DNA of 25,762 nucleotides from Dehalococcoidia bacterium (GTDB lineage: Bacteria; Chloroflexota; Dehalococcoidia; Dehalococcoidales; DAOWLH01). Location: the NCBI GenBank assembly GCA_030638985.1, contig DAOWDO010000085.1, positions 1 through 25,762 on the forward strand. The letters run 5' to 3'. A model generated the notes under the pieces. It did not search any database and had not been told where the DNA came from. It worked only from the letters and a program-made list of their open reading frames with translations. Below are positions 1 to 8,752 of this stretch, piece by piece (the first letter of the stretch is position 1; each line of letters begins with the position of its first letter). Made by a program: the position numbers and the translations under genes.

Positions 1-281
1 AATATCAGGGAAAGCCCCAGCACCCGCCAGTTGCGAAAGACCTGCCCCAGTTCCTCATACCTTACCTTGGCCAGCGGCGGATACATCATCAGGATAAGTC
101 CGACGGCGATGGGTATTGAGGTAGTACCTACCTGAAAATGGGTGATAAAGTCGGCCACTCGGGGCATGAAGTAGCCCAGGCCGACACCAATGGCCATTGC
201 CCCAAATATCCAAAGGGTGAGAAAGCGGTCCAACAGAGAAAGCCGGCCCAGCGTACCACCTCGTTCTCTGCTATCTGCCAT
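1..281 (-). CDS. acr3: ACR3-family arsenite efflux transporter, N-terminal part (runs off window)
   Basis: Not in the ORF track. Manual translation from ATG at 281: [40 protein letters not shown]...[26 protein letters not shown]; LS.LDR.L..WI and GLI.MMYP.LAKV are ACR3 hallmarks. Confidence 0.92.
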   Translation of the reverse strand, partial: MADSRERGGTLGRLSLLDRFLTLWIFGAMAIGVGLGYFMPRVADFITHFQVGTTSIPIAVGLILMMYPPLAKVRYEELGQVFRNWRVLGLSLI

Positions 282-311
282 GTCGCTTAAAGCATCCTAG
301 TTCATGTCGGG

Positions 312-1133
312 CTAGCTCCGGCTCTGCTTCCTGCGCCATAACCGGGAAAGGCCAAAATAGGCAAGGAAAGCGGTGGCGCTGACCAGAATAATGGTCGCCC
401 CCGAAGCCAGGTCGAGAACAAATGAAAGCCAGAGGCCGCCGAAGGTAAAGAGAGCGCCGATTCCAGCCGCCAGCAGCATCATCTTCTTCAGGCTATGGGT
501 AAACTGCCTGGCCAGTGCCGCCGGTATGGTGAGCAGGGCGATAACCAGAATGATACCCACTACCCTGATCAGCACCACCACCGTCAGCGCAATCAGAGAT
601 AGCATCACCAGATACAAAATCTCGGTGGGTACACCGGCTACCCGGCCATACTCCTCATCAAAGGAAATGACCAGAAACTCTTTATAGAAAAGCCATACGG
701 TAGCGATGATAATGATATCCAGAACCAGCATAAAGACCAGGTCTGAAGTGGGCACTGTCAGGATATTACCGAACAGGTAACTGAACAGGTCCGGGGCATA
801 GCCGGGAGCCAGACCAATAAAGATTACCCCCAGTGCCATGCCCAGAGCCCACAATATGCCGATGGTGGTATCTTCCGGGAGGCTGGTGCGCCGGGAAACC
901 AGCCCCATGCCCAGAGCCGAGGCCAGGGCAAAGAAGGTCGCCCCCAGCACCGGGCTCATCCCCAGAAAATAGCCAAGGCCGACACCGCCAAATGAGGCAT
1001 GAGCAATACCGCCACTGATAAAAACAATTCTCTTGGCGACGACATAGACACCGACAATGCCGCAGGCAATGGCCGCCAGCAGCCCGGCCAGGAGAGCGTT
1101 CTGCATAAACTGGTACTGGAAGACTTCAAACAT
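312..1133 (-). CDS. znuB: Zn/Mn ABC transporter permease
   Basis: Start reassigned to ATG 1133 ([17 protein letters not shown]); highly hydrophobic; [29 protein letters not shown] motifs; abuts the ATPase stop. Confidence 0.93.
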   Translation of the reverse strand: MFEVFQYQFMQNALLAGLLAAIACGIVGVYVVAKRIVFISGGIAHASFGGVGLGYFLGMSPVLGATFFALASALGMGLVSRRTSLPEDTTIGILWALGMALGVIFIGLAPGYAPDLFSYLFGNILTVPTSDLVFMLVLDIIIIATVWLFYKEFLVISFDEEYGRVAGVPTEILYLVMLSLIALTVVVLIRVVGIILVIALLTIPAALARQFTHSLKKMMLLAAGIGALFTFGGLWLSFVLDLASGATIILVSATAFLAYFGLSRLWRRKQSRS

Positions 1134-1134
1134 A

Positions 1135-1896
1135 CTACTGGTCCTTTGATTCCCGATGAGGGAGGTCGCTGTGGGCGATGACGTGCACCGGGCTGTCATA
1201 GGTCCGGGCAAGTTCCTCAGCCGATAGCCCATCCGGCGAGCCGTGATAGAACAGGCGATGGTTGAGGCAGGCCACTTCGTCCACATGGACGGAAACGGCG
1301 CTGACATCGTGGGAGACCAGGATGATGGCCATCTGGGCTTTCAGCTTCTCTAACAGCTCGTAGAATTCCACCTGCATATCGAGGGCAATACTGGCGGTAG
1401 GTTCGTCAAGCAGCAGGATAGCCGGTTCGGAAACCAGCGCCCGGGCAATGAACACCCGCTGCTGCTCACCTCCGGAGAGGCTGCCAATCTGGCGGTCTTT
1501 AAAATCCGGCAGGCCTACTCTCTCCAAGACCCGGGACACCTCGCTTCTATCTTCCCGGCTATAGCGCCGGAGCAAACCACGGCTGCGGTAGCGGCCCATG
1601 AGCACCACTTCCTCAACGTTAATGGGGAATGCCCGGTCAAAAAGATTGTGCTGGGCGACATAGCCGGCGAACTTGCGGCTCCGTTCCGGAGTCTGTCCCA
1701 GCACCCGAACCTGCCCCCGGCTGGGTTTAATCAGCCCGAGGATAACCTTTAGCAGAGTAGTCTTGCCGCCGCCATTGGGGCCGATTATACCCAGAAACCT
1801 GCCCGCTGTCAGCGAGAGGTTTACGCCTTTCAGCACCAGGGTACTGTCGTAGTAAGCCCAGACATCTTCAAGTTTAACTACTTCCCGAGAGTTCAT
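1135..1896 (-). CDS. znuC: Zn/Mn ABC transporter ATP-binding protein
   Basis: Start ATG 1896 ([11 protein letters not shown]); Walker A GPNGGGKT, signature LSGGEQQR, Walker B LLLDEP, H-loop VSHD. Confidence 0.95.
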   Translation of the reverse strand: MNSREVVKLEDVWAYYDSTLVLKGVNLSLTAGRFLGIIGPNGGGKTTLLKVILGLIKPSRGQVRVLGQTPERSRKFAGYVAQHNLFDRAFPINVEEVVLMGRYRSRGLLRRYSREDRSEVSRVLERVGLPDFKDRQIGSLSGGEQQRVFIARALVSEPAILLLDEPTASIALDMQVEFYELLEKLKAQMAIILVSHDVSAVSVHVDEVACLNHRLFYHGSPDGLSAEELARTYDSPVHVIAHSDLPHRESKDQ

Positions 1897-1897
1897 A

Positions 1898-2767
1898 CTA
1901 CTCCATCGCCTCCACCAGTTCGTCCAGCAAAAGACGCAGATTGGCGATGTAGTCCCGCGCCAGGGAGTCAACCATCACCACCCGGCCATCTATCTCCCGA
2001 GCAATTACCCCGGCACTTTCGGGGTTAAACTGCGGGGAGGCGAAAATAACCTTTATGCCGTGTTCTTCGGCTTGCTCTATCAGCCTGGCCAGCCCGGCCG
2101 GGGTCGGCTCCTTGCCCTCAACCTCAATGGGAATCATGGTGAGGCCATAGTCCCGGGCAAAGTAGCCGAAGGCGGGGTGATAGACCATGAAGGTTAGGCT
2201 CCGGACGCCGGCCAGCCCTTCGCGGATGTCCTGGTCAAGCTGTGCCAACTCCCGAAGATAGGCATCTCTGTTCTGTCGGTAATAAGTAGCGTTTCCCGGG
2301 TCAATCTGAACCAGGCCATCGCAGATGTTGCTCACCATGCTCATAGCATTCAGCGGTGACATCCAGATGTGGGGGTCCAGTCCCTCATGCTCCTGTCCAT
2401 GCTCGTCAACCGCCCCCTGGAGTTCAATACCTTTTGAGCAGTCAACAACCAGCATTTGCCGGTTAACCTCGAGCAGCTTATCCATCCAAATCAACTCAAA
2501 GTCAACCCCGGAGCCGACCTTGGCGTACATCATGGCCTGCGTTAGTGCCGTCATCTGGGATGGCGTCGGCTCATAGGTATGGGGGCTGGCCCCGGGCGGC
2601 ACCATGACCGTGATCTCCACCTTCTCGCCAGCAACATTTTCGACAAACTCGGCCTGAGATAGCAGGGTGACCACCACCCCGATCTTATCCGACGCTTCCA
2701 CCGACGGCTGACAGGCCGGTAAAGCTAGGGCCAATACCAGCAATAAAGTAAACGGAAAATACTTCAT
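1898..2767 (-). CDS. znuA: Zn ABC transporter substrate-binding lipoprotein
   Basis: Lipobox LALPAC; SPHTYEPTP, DPHIWMSP and YHPAFGYF metal-ligand His motifs; short His/Glu loop DEHGQEHE. Confidence 0.92.
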   Translation of the reverse strand: MKYFPFTLLLVLALALPACQPSVEASDKIGVVVTLLSQAEFVENVAGEKVEITVMVPPGASPHTYEPTPSQMTALTQAMMYAKVGSGVDFELIWMDKLLEVNRQMLVVDCSKGIELQGAVDEHGQEHEGLDPHIWMSPLNAMSMVSNICDGLVQIDPGNATYYRQNRDAYLRELAQLDQDIREGLAGVRSLTFMVYHPAFGYFARDYGLTMIPIEVEGKEPTPAGLARLIEQAEEHGIKVIFASPQFNPESAGVIAREIDGRVVMVDSLARDYIANLRLLLDELVEAME

Positions 2768-2777
2768 CCGAGAGCCC

Positions 2778-3218
2778 CTAGGTTAAGGCCAGCTGCCGGC
2801 AGTCACCGCAGCGGCCGGTAAACTCAACAAGGTGGCTTTCAATCTCAAAACCGGTCTTGTCGGATATCCTTGCCGCCTCTGCGGCCAGGTTGCAACCAGC
2901 CAGGTCAACCACCTTGGTGCACCCGGAGCATATCAGGTGATGGTGGTGTTCCTCCGGCCTTCGAAGCAGATAGTTATGGCAGCTACCACCGGTGTGCACC
3001 CGACAGATTAGCCCCAGCCCGGCCAGCAAACCCAGGGTGCGATAGACGGTAACCAGCCCAATACCTGTATATTGCCGGTTTACCCGCTGATACAAGGCAG
3101 CCGGAGTCAGGTGCCCGTCACTTCGGGCAATGACGTCAAGAATGGCGCGACGTTGCGGCGTGATTTTATGGCCCTGCTGCCTCAGGAGAGAGACTATCTG
3201 TTTCTCATTGACTTCCAT
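2778..3218 (-). CDS. zur: Fur-family transcriptional repressor, probably Zur
   Basis: ATG 3218 preferred (TTG 3230 is the alternative); TPQRRAIL, TVYRTL, HHHHLICSGC and C-terminal CGDC; first gene of the znu operon. Zur specificity inferred from context. Confidence 0.85.
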   Translation of the reverse strand: MEVNEKQIVSLLRQQGHKITPQRRAILDVIARSDGHLTPAALYQRVNRQYTGIGLVTVYRTLGLLAGLGLICRVHTGGSCHNYLLRRPEEHHHHLICSGCTKVVDLAGCNLAAEAARISDKTGFEIESHLVEFTGRCGDCRQLALT

Positions 3219-3228
3219 TTCAGCCTGC

Positions 3229-3249
3229 AAATGAAATTAATTTTCAATA
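3229..3249. promoter_or_regulatory. Putative Zur box (21-bp imperfect palindrome AAATGAAATTAATTTTCAATA)
   Basis: TGAAA-N5-TTTCA core; right half ATTTTCAATA matches the actinobacterial-type Zur consensus (TATTGAAAATnATTTTCAATA, from memory); lies just downstream of the predicted transcription start. Confidence 0.75.
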
Positions 3250-3259
3250 AGTGACTTAT

Positions 3260-3288
3260 AATATAGCCAGCAGCACCGCTATTGTCAA
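3260..3288 (-). promoter_or_regulatory. sigma70-type promoter of zur-znuACB
   Basis: Minus strand TTGACA (3288-3283), 17 bp, TATATT (3265-3260). Confidence 0.85.
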
Positions 3289-3326
3289 GTGGGCTAACCG
3301 GTCCCGTGTAATTAAGGGCACACGAT

Positions 3327-3557
3327 TCAGTCCTCTGTGGCCGGGTCAACCCTGACCCCCCGGGACATCACCCAGGCAAGACCGTCCTCGATCTGCTTGT
3401 CGTCACCCTCGAGTTCCAGCATCAGCCAGCCCCGATCCTCGGTTATATCAGCCAGCTGGATGTTGGTGGTTATATCAAACTGCTGGCCCAGGTTATAGAT
3501 AATGGGCTCCTTGAGCAGTTCCTCGGGGAAGTGCATAATGACTCGCCGCTTGACCAT
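3327..3557 (-). CDS. Stand-alone NIL-domain protein
   Basis: ATG 3557 with GGAGAGG upstream; VKRRVIMHFP..LLKEPIIYNLGQQFDITTNIQLA.I.EDRGWLMLELEG...GLAWVMSRGVRV fits the NIL pattern. Confidence 0.8.
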   Translation of the reverse strand: MVKRRVIMHFPEELLKEPIIYNLGQQFDITTNIQLADITEDRGWLMLELEGDDKQIEDGLAWVMSRGVRVDPATED

Positions 3558-3558
3558 C

Positions 3559-4272
3559 TCAACCCTCCTGACTGAACTCATCCATGGTTTCCTTTATTCG
3601 CTGCCTTAGCTCATCTTGGGAAACAGTAATGCCAGCCTGTCTCTCAACCTTCTCCAATCGCCCCTCAAGCCTTGCCTGTTCCCGCAAAACCAGCCGGATG
3701 GCTTCTGCCACCGGGTCGGGAAGGCGGCCGTGTTCCAGGTCAAGCAGAGGCTCCCCGCGTTCCCCTGTAACTCTACCTGGAATACCGACCACCGTTGCCC
3801 CAGGTGGTACTGAATTAACAACCACCGAACCGGAACCTATCCGGGCGCCGTCACCTATGGTAATGTTCCCCAGAACCACCGCCCCGGTGCCGATAACCAC
3901 ACTATTGCCTACCGTTGGATGACGCTTGCCTTTCTTGCGGGTGGTGCCGCCGAGGACTGCCCCCTGATAGAGAAGAACATCATCGCCGATTTCGGCTGTC
4001 TCCCCGATAACCACTCCAGCGCCGTGGTCAATAAAGAAACGGCGGCCGATTCTGGCGCCGGGATGTATTTCAATGCCGGTAAGAAAACGGCCGAGGAAGG
4101 AAAGCATACGGGCTGGCAACTGACAGCGGTGGCGCCATAAGAAACCAGCCACCCGGTGCAACCAGAGAGCATGCAGGCCGGGATAGCAGCAGATAACTTC
4201 GACGACATTTCTGGCGGCCGGGTCCCTGGCAATAACCGCCCTGATGTCTTCCCGCAATGTCTTAAAAACCAT
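3559..4272 (-). CDS. cysE: Serine O-acetyltransferase
   Basis: [41 protein letters not shown]...RHPT hexapeptide motifs. Confidence 0.95.
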   Translation of the reverse strand: MVFKTLREDIRAVIARDPAARNVVEVICCYPGLHALWLHRVAGFLWRHRCQLPARMLSFLGRFLTGIEIHPGARIGRRFFIDHGAGVVIGETAEIGDDVLLYQGAVLGGTTRKKGKRHPTVGNSVVIGTGAVVLGNITIGDGARIGSGSVVVNSVPPGATVVGIPGRVTGERGEPLLDLEHGRLPDPVAEAIRLVLREQARLEGRLEKVERQAGITVSQDELRQRIKETMDEFSQEG

Positions 4273-4606
4273 CTTTCTCCGCGTCCTCTACCTCCCTGGC
4301 TACCCACTCAAGATAGTCCTTATTGCCGTGGGTTATAGGCAGGGCAATTATTTCAGGAACATCGTTGGAATGAATCTCCTTGACCAGCCGGACTATATCA
4401 TCAACCAGCGCCGCCCTGGTCTTGACCACTAAAAGGCTCTCCTGGGCCGAGTCAATAGCACCCTGCCACCAGAAAAGAGAGCTTATACCGGGCACGATGC
4501 TGACACAGGCTGCTTTTCTCCGCTCCAGGAGTACCCGCGAGATTAGCCGGGCTTCCTCATCGGCTTCGGTGGTGATAAAGAGAACAACACAATCACTATC
4601 GGGCAC
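4262..4606 (-). CDS. cutA: Divalent-cation tolerance protein CutA
   Basis: GTG 4606 preceded by GGAGGGG; [26 protein letters not shown]...[22 protein letters not shown]. Confidence 0.9.
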   Translation of the reverse strand: MPDSDCVVLFITTEADEEARLISRVLLERRKAACVSIVPGISSLFWWQGAIDSAQESLLVVKTRAALVDDIVRLVKEIHSNDVPEIIALPITHGNKDYLEWVAREVEDAEKDGF

Positions 4607-4619
4607 TTTGCCCCTCCAC

Positions 4620-5543
4620 CTAAACAGCCTCAAGCATACGGTCTACGGCCGCCCTGGCCTTTAACCGGATCGGCTCGGGCACTTTGACCTCAGGAGCCAT
4701 CTCCTCCAGAGACCAGAGTATCTTCTCCAGGGTTATCAATTTCATGTTGGGGCACACAGCCTGCTCCGATACCGGAATGAACTTCTTGCCCGGGTTCTCC
4801 TTGCGGAGACGGTGAATTATACCTATTTCCGTACCGACTACCATCTGGGTGACTTCATCCCGCCGGGCATAGCGAATCAATCCGCCGGTGCTCAGCACCT
4901 CATCGGCCAGAGCAATGACTTCCGGCCGGCACTCCGGATGGACAACCACCCTGGCCAGGGGATAGTCCTTCTTAAGCTCAATGATGCGCTCCGGCAGAAT
5001 CCGAACATGGGTAGGACAGAAGCCGGGCCAGAGATATATCTTCTTCTCCGTCTTGGTGGAAACATAGTGGCCCAGATATTTATCGGGGACGAACAATATC
5101 TGCTCGCTATCCAGGCTGGCCACCACCCGGACGGCGTTGGCCGAGGTGCAACAGGTATCGGACTCCGCCTTGACCTCAGCAGTAGAGTTGATATAACAAA
5201 CGACAGCAGCCCCGGGCAGTTGCCGCTTCTTCTCCCTCAACTCTTCGGCGGTAATCATGTTGGCCATAGGACAGCCGGCATTGAGGTCTGGCAGCAGGAC
5301 CGCCTTCTCCGGAGAAAGTATGGAAGCCGTCTCGGCCATAAAATGGACACCGCAGAAGATGATCACCTCCGCCTGGGTTTGAGCTGCCCGCTGGCTCAAC
5401 TCCAGGGAATCACCGACAAAATCGGCGATATCCTGAACCTCACCCAGCTGATAGTTATGGGCCAGGATAACCGCCCGCCGTTTTTCCTTGAGGCTCTCTA
5501 TTCTATCTACGAGCTTCCCGTTGTTATCCAGCACTGCCTGCAA
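4620..5543 (-). CDS. nadA: Quinolinate synthase
   Basis: ILAHNYQ, FCGVHFMAE, AGCPMA, YINS, CTSANA, GFCPTH, HPEC, CPNMK with three cluster cysteines; start (TTG) uncertain. Confidence 0.96.
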   Translation of the reverse strand: MQAVLDNNGKLVDRIESLKEKRRAVILAHNYQLGEVQDIADFVGDSLELSQRAAQTQAEVIIFCGVHFMAETASILSPEKAVLLPDLNAGCPMANMITAEELREKKRQLPGAAVVCYINSTAEVKAESDTCCTSANAVRVVASLDSEQILFVPDKYLGHYVSTKTEKKIYLWPGFCPTHVRILPERIIELKKDYPLARVVVHPECRPEVIALADEVLSTGGLIRYARRDEVTQMVVGTEIGIIHRLRKENPGKKFIPVSEQAVCPNMKLITLEKILWSLEEMAPEVKVPEPIRLKARAAVDRMLEAV

Positions 5544-5566
5544 TCCTTCGGTAATGTATAGTCTCT

Positions 5567-6553
5567 TTAAGCCTGCTCCAAAAAACTGAGGTCCAGAATA
5601 TCGGCAGCCTTAATTCCTTCCTCGATGTAGCCCAGCCCGACCATAAAGTCTATGGTATCCTGGACTATCTCCGGGTCAACGCTGACGCTATAGACAACCC
5701 GCTCCATGGAACGAGCCATAATCTCCGGGGTTATGTCTAGAGAGGTGGCCGGTGTTATTCCTCCCGACTGAAGTTCGCCGCCGGCAATCTGCAATTGCAT
5801 GGCCATGATTACCGCCGTTTCCTGAAGATACGCGTTCACCCACTCGGTAGACCGCTTGGTGATGGCCATCAGTTCTCCCACCAGACCGGGGTTGCTCTCT
5901 ATGAGCCCGGTGGTAACCACCAGCACATCGCCCTGCATCCCCGGCCAGATTTCCTGACTTCTGACCAGGAGGGGGAAGCCATTGGCTTCAGCCACGGTAG
6001 CGTGCTGTTCGGGGATGATAGCGGCATCGAGACTGCCCGAAATGAGGGCCAAAACCGCATTCGCAGGGCTGAATCTCCGTATGGTCAAATCCTCAAGCTC
6101 ATATCTCTCTATCATAAGTTTGAGAAGAATATCGGTTACCGTGCCCTCTCGCAAGCAGCCGATAGTCTTGCCCTGCAAGTCAAAAATGCTCTCTATCCCC
6201 GGTCTGGCCATCAGACTATAGCCGTACTTGTGCACCCCGGATATTATCTTTATCGGCACCCCGCGCGCAAAGGCGGTGATGGCTCCCGTCAGGCCAAGAT
6301 AGCCAACCTGGATATCACCCCGGGCCAGCGACGCGGCGATGGCTGCTGCCGATTCATAGACCTGGAAGACGGGTAGCATCTCCAGCCCGGCTTCATCAAA
6401 CCAGTCGTTGAACTGGGCAACATAGGCGCAGGCGGCGTGGTTATTGAACTCAACAGCTACCTTGACAGTCGAGTCCTTCCCGGCGCAGCCACTGCCTGCC
6501 AGCACTATGGTCAGGGTAACCGCCAGAAACAGAGTAAAAGCTCTTCTTGCCAT
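5567..6553 (-). CDS. ABC transporter substrate-binding lipoprotein, NMT1/SsuA/TauA-like
   Basis: ATG 6553 after AGGAGGA; signal peptide with lipobox LAGSGC; LARGDIQVGYLG, DLQGKTIG, G.LDAAII.E patterns of this binding-protein family. Confidence 0.85.
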   Translation of the reverse strand: MARRAFTLFLAVTLTIVLAGSGCAGKDSTVKVAVEFNNHAACAYVAQFNDWFDEAGLEMLPVFQVYESAAAIAASLARGDIQVGYLGLTGAITAFARGVPIKIISGVHKYGYSLMARPGIESIFDLQGKTIGCLREGTVTDILLKLMIERYELEDLTIRRFSPANAVLALISGSLDAAIIPEQHATVAEANGFPLLVRSQEIWPGMQGDVLVVTTGLIESNPGLVGELMAITKRSTEWVNAYLQETAVIMAMQLQIAGGELQSGGITPATSLDITPEIMARSMERVVYSVSVDPEIVQDTIDFMVGLGYIEEGIKAADILDLSFLEQA

Positions 6554-6574
6554 TCCTCCTCCTATCATACCAGA

Positions 6575-7273
6575 TCAAGGAACCAGGGCGGGCTTATCGG
6601 CCCGCAGCATCTGGAAAACACCGGCCTTTACCAGCCGCTTCGGCCCCAGGGTAAAGCCGGCCTCTTCTATTTCCCTGAGCAGGGTATCACCGACCAGCAT
6701 CCGGTATGCATCCTCATCCTCAAAAAGCCTCATAAATGTAGCAACCGCCAACCTGGGTAAAACTGCCCGGGCCAGGTGGAAATCAAGGATAAAAAGGCTG
6801 TGGTCTGGCTGGAGAACCCTGTAGATTTCCCTCAGGGCATTTTGCCGCACCGGCGCAGTCATCTCGTGCAGACCGAAGGAGATAAAAATCTTATCAAAGG
6901 CAGCTTCAGGGAAGGGCAGCTTTTCACAATCGCCCCTACGGAAAAAGACAGGCAAATCCCGCCCCGCCTTTCGCCTGGCCAGGGAAAGCATTTCCGGCGA
7001 CAGGTCGACACCAACCACCCGACCGCTCCCCCAAACTTTTTCGGCAATGAGCAGGGCCAGTGTCCCGGTACCACAGCAGATATCCAGCACCTGCCCACCT
7101 CCCTGGGGAGCAGCAAAATCAATAAATGCCCGGCGCAGCCTGCGTTCACCGCCGAAGGGAAGCATAAAAAGCCAGAATACTGGATCGTATAAACGGGACC
7201 AGGCCAGTCCAAACCTTGTTTCGCCGCCGGCGTTTGTTGGAGCCGCCACAGTATTAGTTACTTTCTTTTGCAA
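6575..7273 (-). CDS. Class I SAM-dependent methyltransferase (UbiE/MenG-like fold)
   Basis: Motif I VLDICCGTG, motif II VGVDLSPEML, GD.EKLPF, EIYRVLQP; TTG start uncertain; substrate unknown. Confidence 0.85.
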   Translation of the reverse strand: MQKKVTNTVAAPTNAGGETRFGLAWSRLYDPVFWLFMLPFGGERRLRRAFIDFAAPQGGGQVLDICCGTGTLALLIAEKVWGSGRVVGVDLSPEMLSLARRKAGRDLPVFFRRGDCEKLPFPEAAFDKIFISFGLHEMTAPVRQNALREIYRVLQPDHSLFILDFHLARAVLPRLAVATFMRLFEDEDAYRMLVGDTLLREIEEAGFTLGPKRLVKAGVFQMLRADKPALVP

Positions 7274-7284
7274 CTAGACACTAC

Positions 7285-8343
7285 CTAGCCCTTATACTCG
7301 GTCAGGGCATCATAGAAGGCCTTCCAGAAGGGGTCGACAATGGGATGCTCCAGTTTTTTCTCACTGCCGGCATCAATCAACACCATCCCCTGCTCCGGGG
7401 GTGTCAGCTCGCCTACTGTGGAGGACTTGATGCCCTTGCTATTCAGGACATCTATTAGCTCATCGGCCTTATGCGGCCGGCAGATGATTATCAGCGTCCC
7501 TTCACTGATGGAAGCATAGGGGTCAATGCCAAAGTAACCACATATCTCGGTAATGCAGTCCTCAACCACAATTTGCTCTTTTACCACCCTTGCCCCTAAA
7601 CCGGCAGCTTCGGCCAGCTCGTAGAGGCCGCCCCATATGCCGCACTCGGTGGCATCGTGCATGGCGGCTACGCCATCCTCCCTGACGCCGACGCTGACTG
7701 CGATCATGGCATCTTCCACCACCGACATCTTGTAGAATATCTCTTCCGCCCGCTGCCTGAAGCCAGCGCCAAACTCACGCTCGATAAGCCGGGGGAACAT
7801 GGCGGCGAAAATGCCGGTGGCCTCAATCGCCGGCCCCTTGGTAATGATAATCTTGTCTCCAGCCCGGGCTAGTGCCGGGGTAACGTACTCATCCTTACTG
7901 CCAACACCGACCACGGTGGCACCACCAACCATGGGATAGTGGCAGTTCTCATACCTGGCGGTATGGCCACAGATTACCGAGATGCCAAGCTTCCGGCATT
8001 CCTGGTGCATCGTCTCCCAGACAATCTGTAACTGCTCCTTGGTTATCTCCATTGGCAGGTTGAGGTCTATGGACAGGTAGCGAGGCGGCAGGCCGCAGGT
8101 AACCGAATCAGAGGCCAGGATGTGAATGGCAAACCAGGCCGCCCTCTCCCAGCCGTACTCAGGGACGATAAAAACCGGATCGCAGGTAAAGGAAACCGCC
8201 CTACCACCAATCTCGGCTATGCCGACGTCGGTGCCGTGCCTGGGGCCTACCAGTATCTGCTCGCTGCCGGCCCCCAGTCTGGGGAAGATGAGTGCATTGA
8301 AGATTTCGGCCGAAATTTTGCCAATTTCCGGGATTTCAACCAT
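7285..8343 (-). CDS. AIR synthase-related (PurM superfamily) protein of unknown function
   Basis: ATG 8343 after GAGGAGGT; GKI...GP.HG.DVG, TCDP, ASD, GHT, AMHDATECGIWGGLYELAE, SEGTL. No C-terminal PRIC, so not HypE. Confidence 0.85.
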   Translation of the reverse strand: MVEIPEIGKISAEIFNALIFPRLGAGSEQILVGPRHGTDVGIAEIGGRAVSFTCDPVFIVPEYGWERAAWFAIHILASDSVTCGLPPRYLSIDLNLPMEITKEQLQIVWETMHQECRKLGISVICGHTARYENCHYPMVGGATVVGVGSKDEYVTPALARAGDKIIITKGPAIEATGIFAAMFPRLIEREFGAGFRQRAEEIFYKMSVVEDAMIAVSVGVREDGVAAMHDATECGIWGGLYELAEAAGLGARVVKEQIVVEDCITEICGYFGIDPYASISEGTLIIICRPHKADELIDVLNSKGIKSSTVGELTPPEQGMVLIDAGSEKKLEHPIVDPFWKAFYDALTEYKG

Positions 8344-8424
8344 CCAGCTACACCTCCTCATACAAATAAAGCCAGCTCACTCATGACCGCTATAGCCCGG
8401 ACAAGCAGCCGGCTGTCTATTTTG

Positions 8425-8658
8425 TTATTCGCTTTCCTCACCCAGAGACTTCAGAAATACTTCTGGAATCTCCGGCATGTGGCTGTCTACCCAGCCTCTG
8501 AGGCAGCCCAAAGAACAGAAACTGTAATGATCGATAGATTCGGTGCCCTTTAAGCAGGATACTATGTGCCAGCCAAGCAGAACACGGCAGGGCAGCTCTT
8601 GCTGGCCGAGCTCCACCGTCTTGCCGCAGGAATGACAGGTGCAGCTTCGATCTACCAT
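8425..8658 (-). CDS. Small Cys-rich putative metal-binding protein (TRASH/YHS-like signature)
   Basis: 77 aa, 7 Cys, C8-x2-C11 and F-C48-S-x2-C52; GAGGA RBS before ATG; directly downstream of a clear promoter. Confidence 0.7.
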   Translation of the reverse strand: MVDRSCTCHSCGKTVELGQQELPCRVLLGWHIVSCLKGTESIDHYSFCSLGCLRGWVDSHMPEIPEVFLKSLGEESE

Positions 8659-8734
8659 TCCATCCTCAGGTTCTAATTAGCAACCCCTCCAGCCTGTACC
8701 AGCCACGTCTGGCAGATTATTTTGGCTGCAGGGT

Positions 8735-8752
8735 GGTAACAATAATGTTAGC
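8735..8752. promoter_or_regulatory. Palindromic putative operator GGTAACA-ATAA-TGTTAGC overlapping the -10
   Basis: TAACA-N4-TGTTA perfect core at 8737-8750, extending to 7-4-7 with one mismatch. Confidence 0.45.

Noticed and set aside
1135-1971. ORF-track upstream starts for znuC, znuB, NIL, cutA, the binding protein, the AIR-synthase-like gene and tatA2
   Set aside because: Extensions overlap upstream genes or lack an RBS; downstream starts with RBS or coupling were chosen.
4812-5561. 249-aa plus-strand ORF
   Set aside because: Antisense shadow of nadA; no motifs, explained by codon bias of the real gene.
7285-8343. Calling this gene hypE
   Set aside because: No C-terminal PRIC cysteine motif and no hyp or hydrogenase genes nearby.
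5795-8553. Several plus-strand ORFs of 70-190 aa
   Set aside because: All overlap well-supported minus-strand genes and lack RBS or family motifs.
8659-8740. Possible TPP riboswitch before the AIR-synthase-like operon
   Set aside because: No CTGAGA or TACCTGA...GG motif and the leader is too short.
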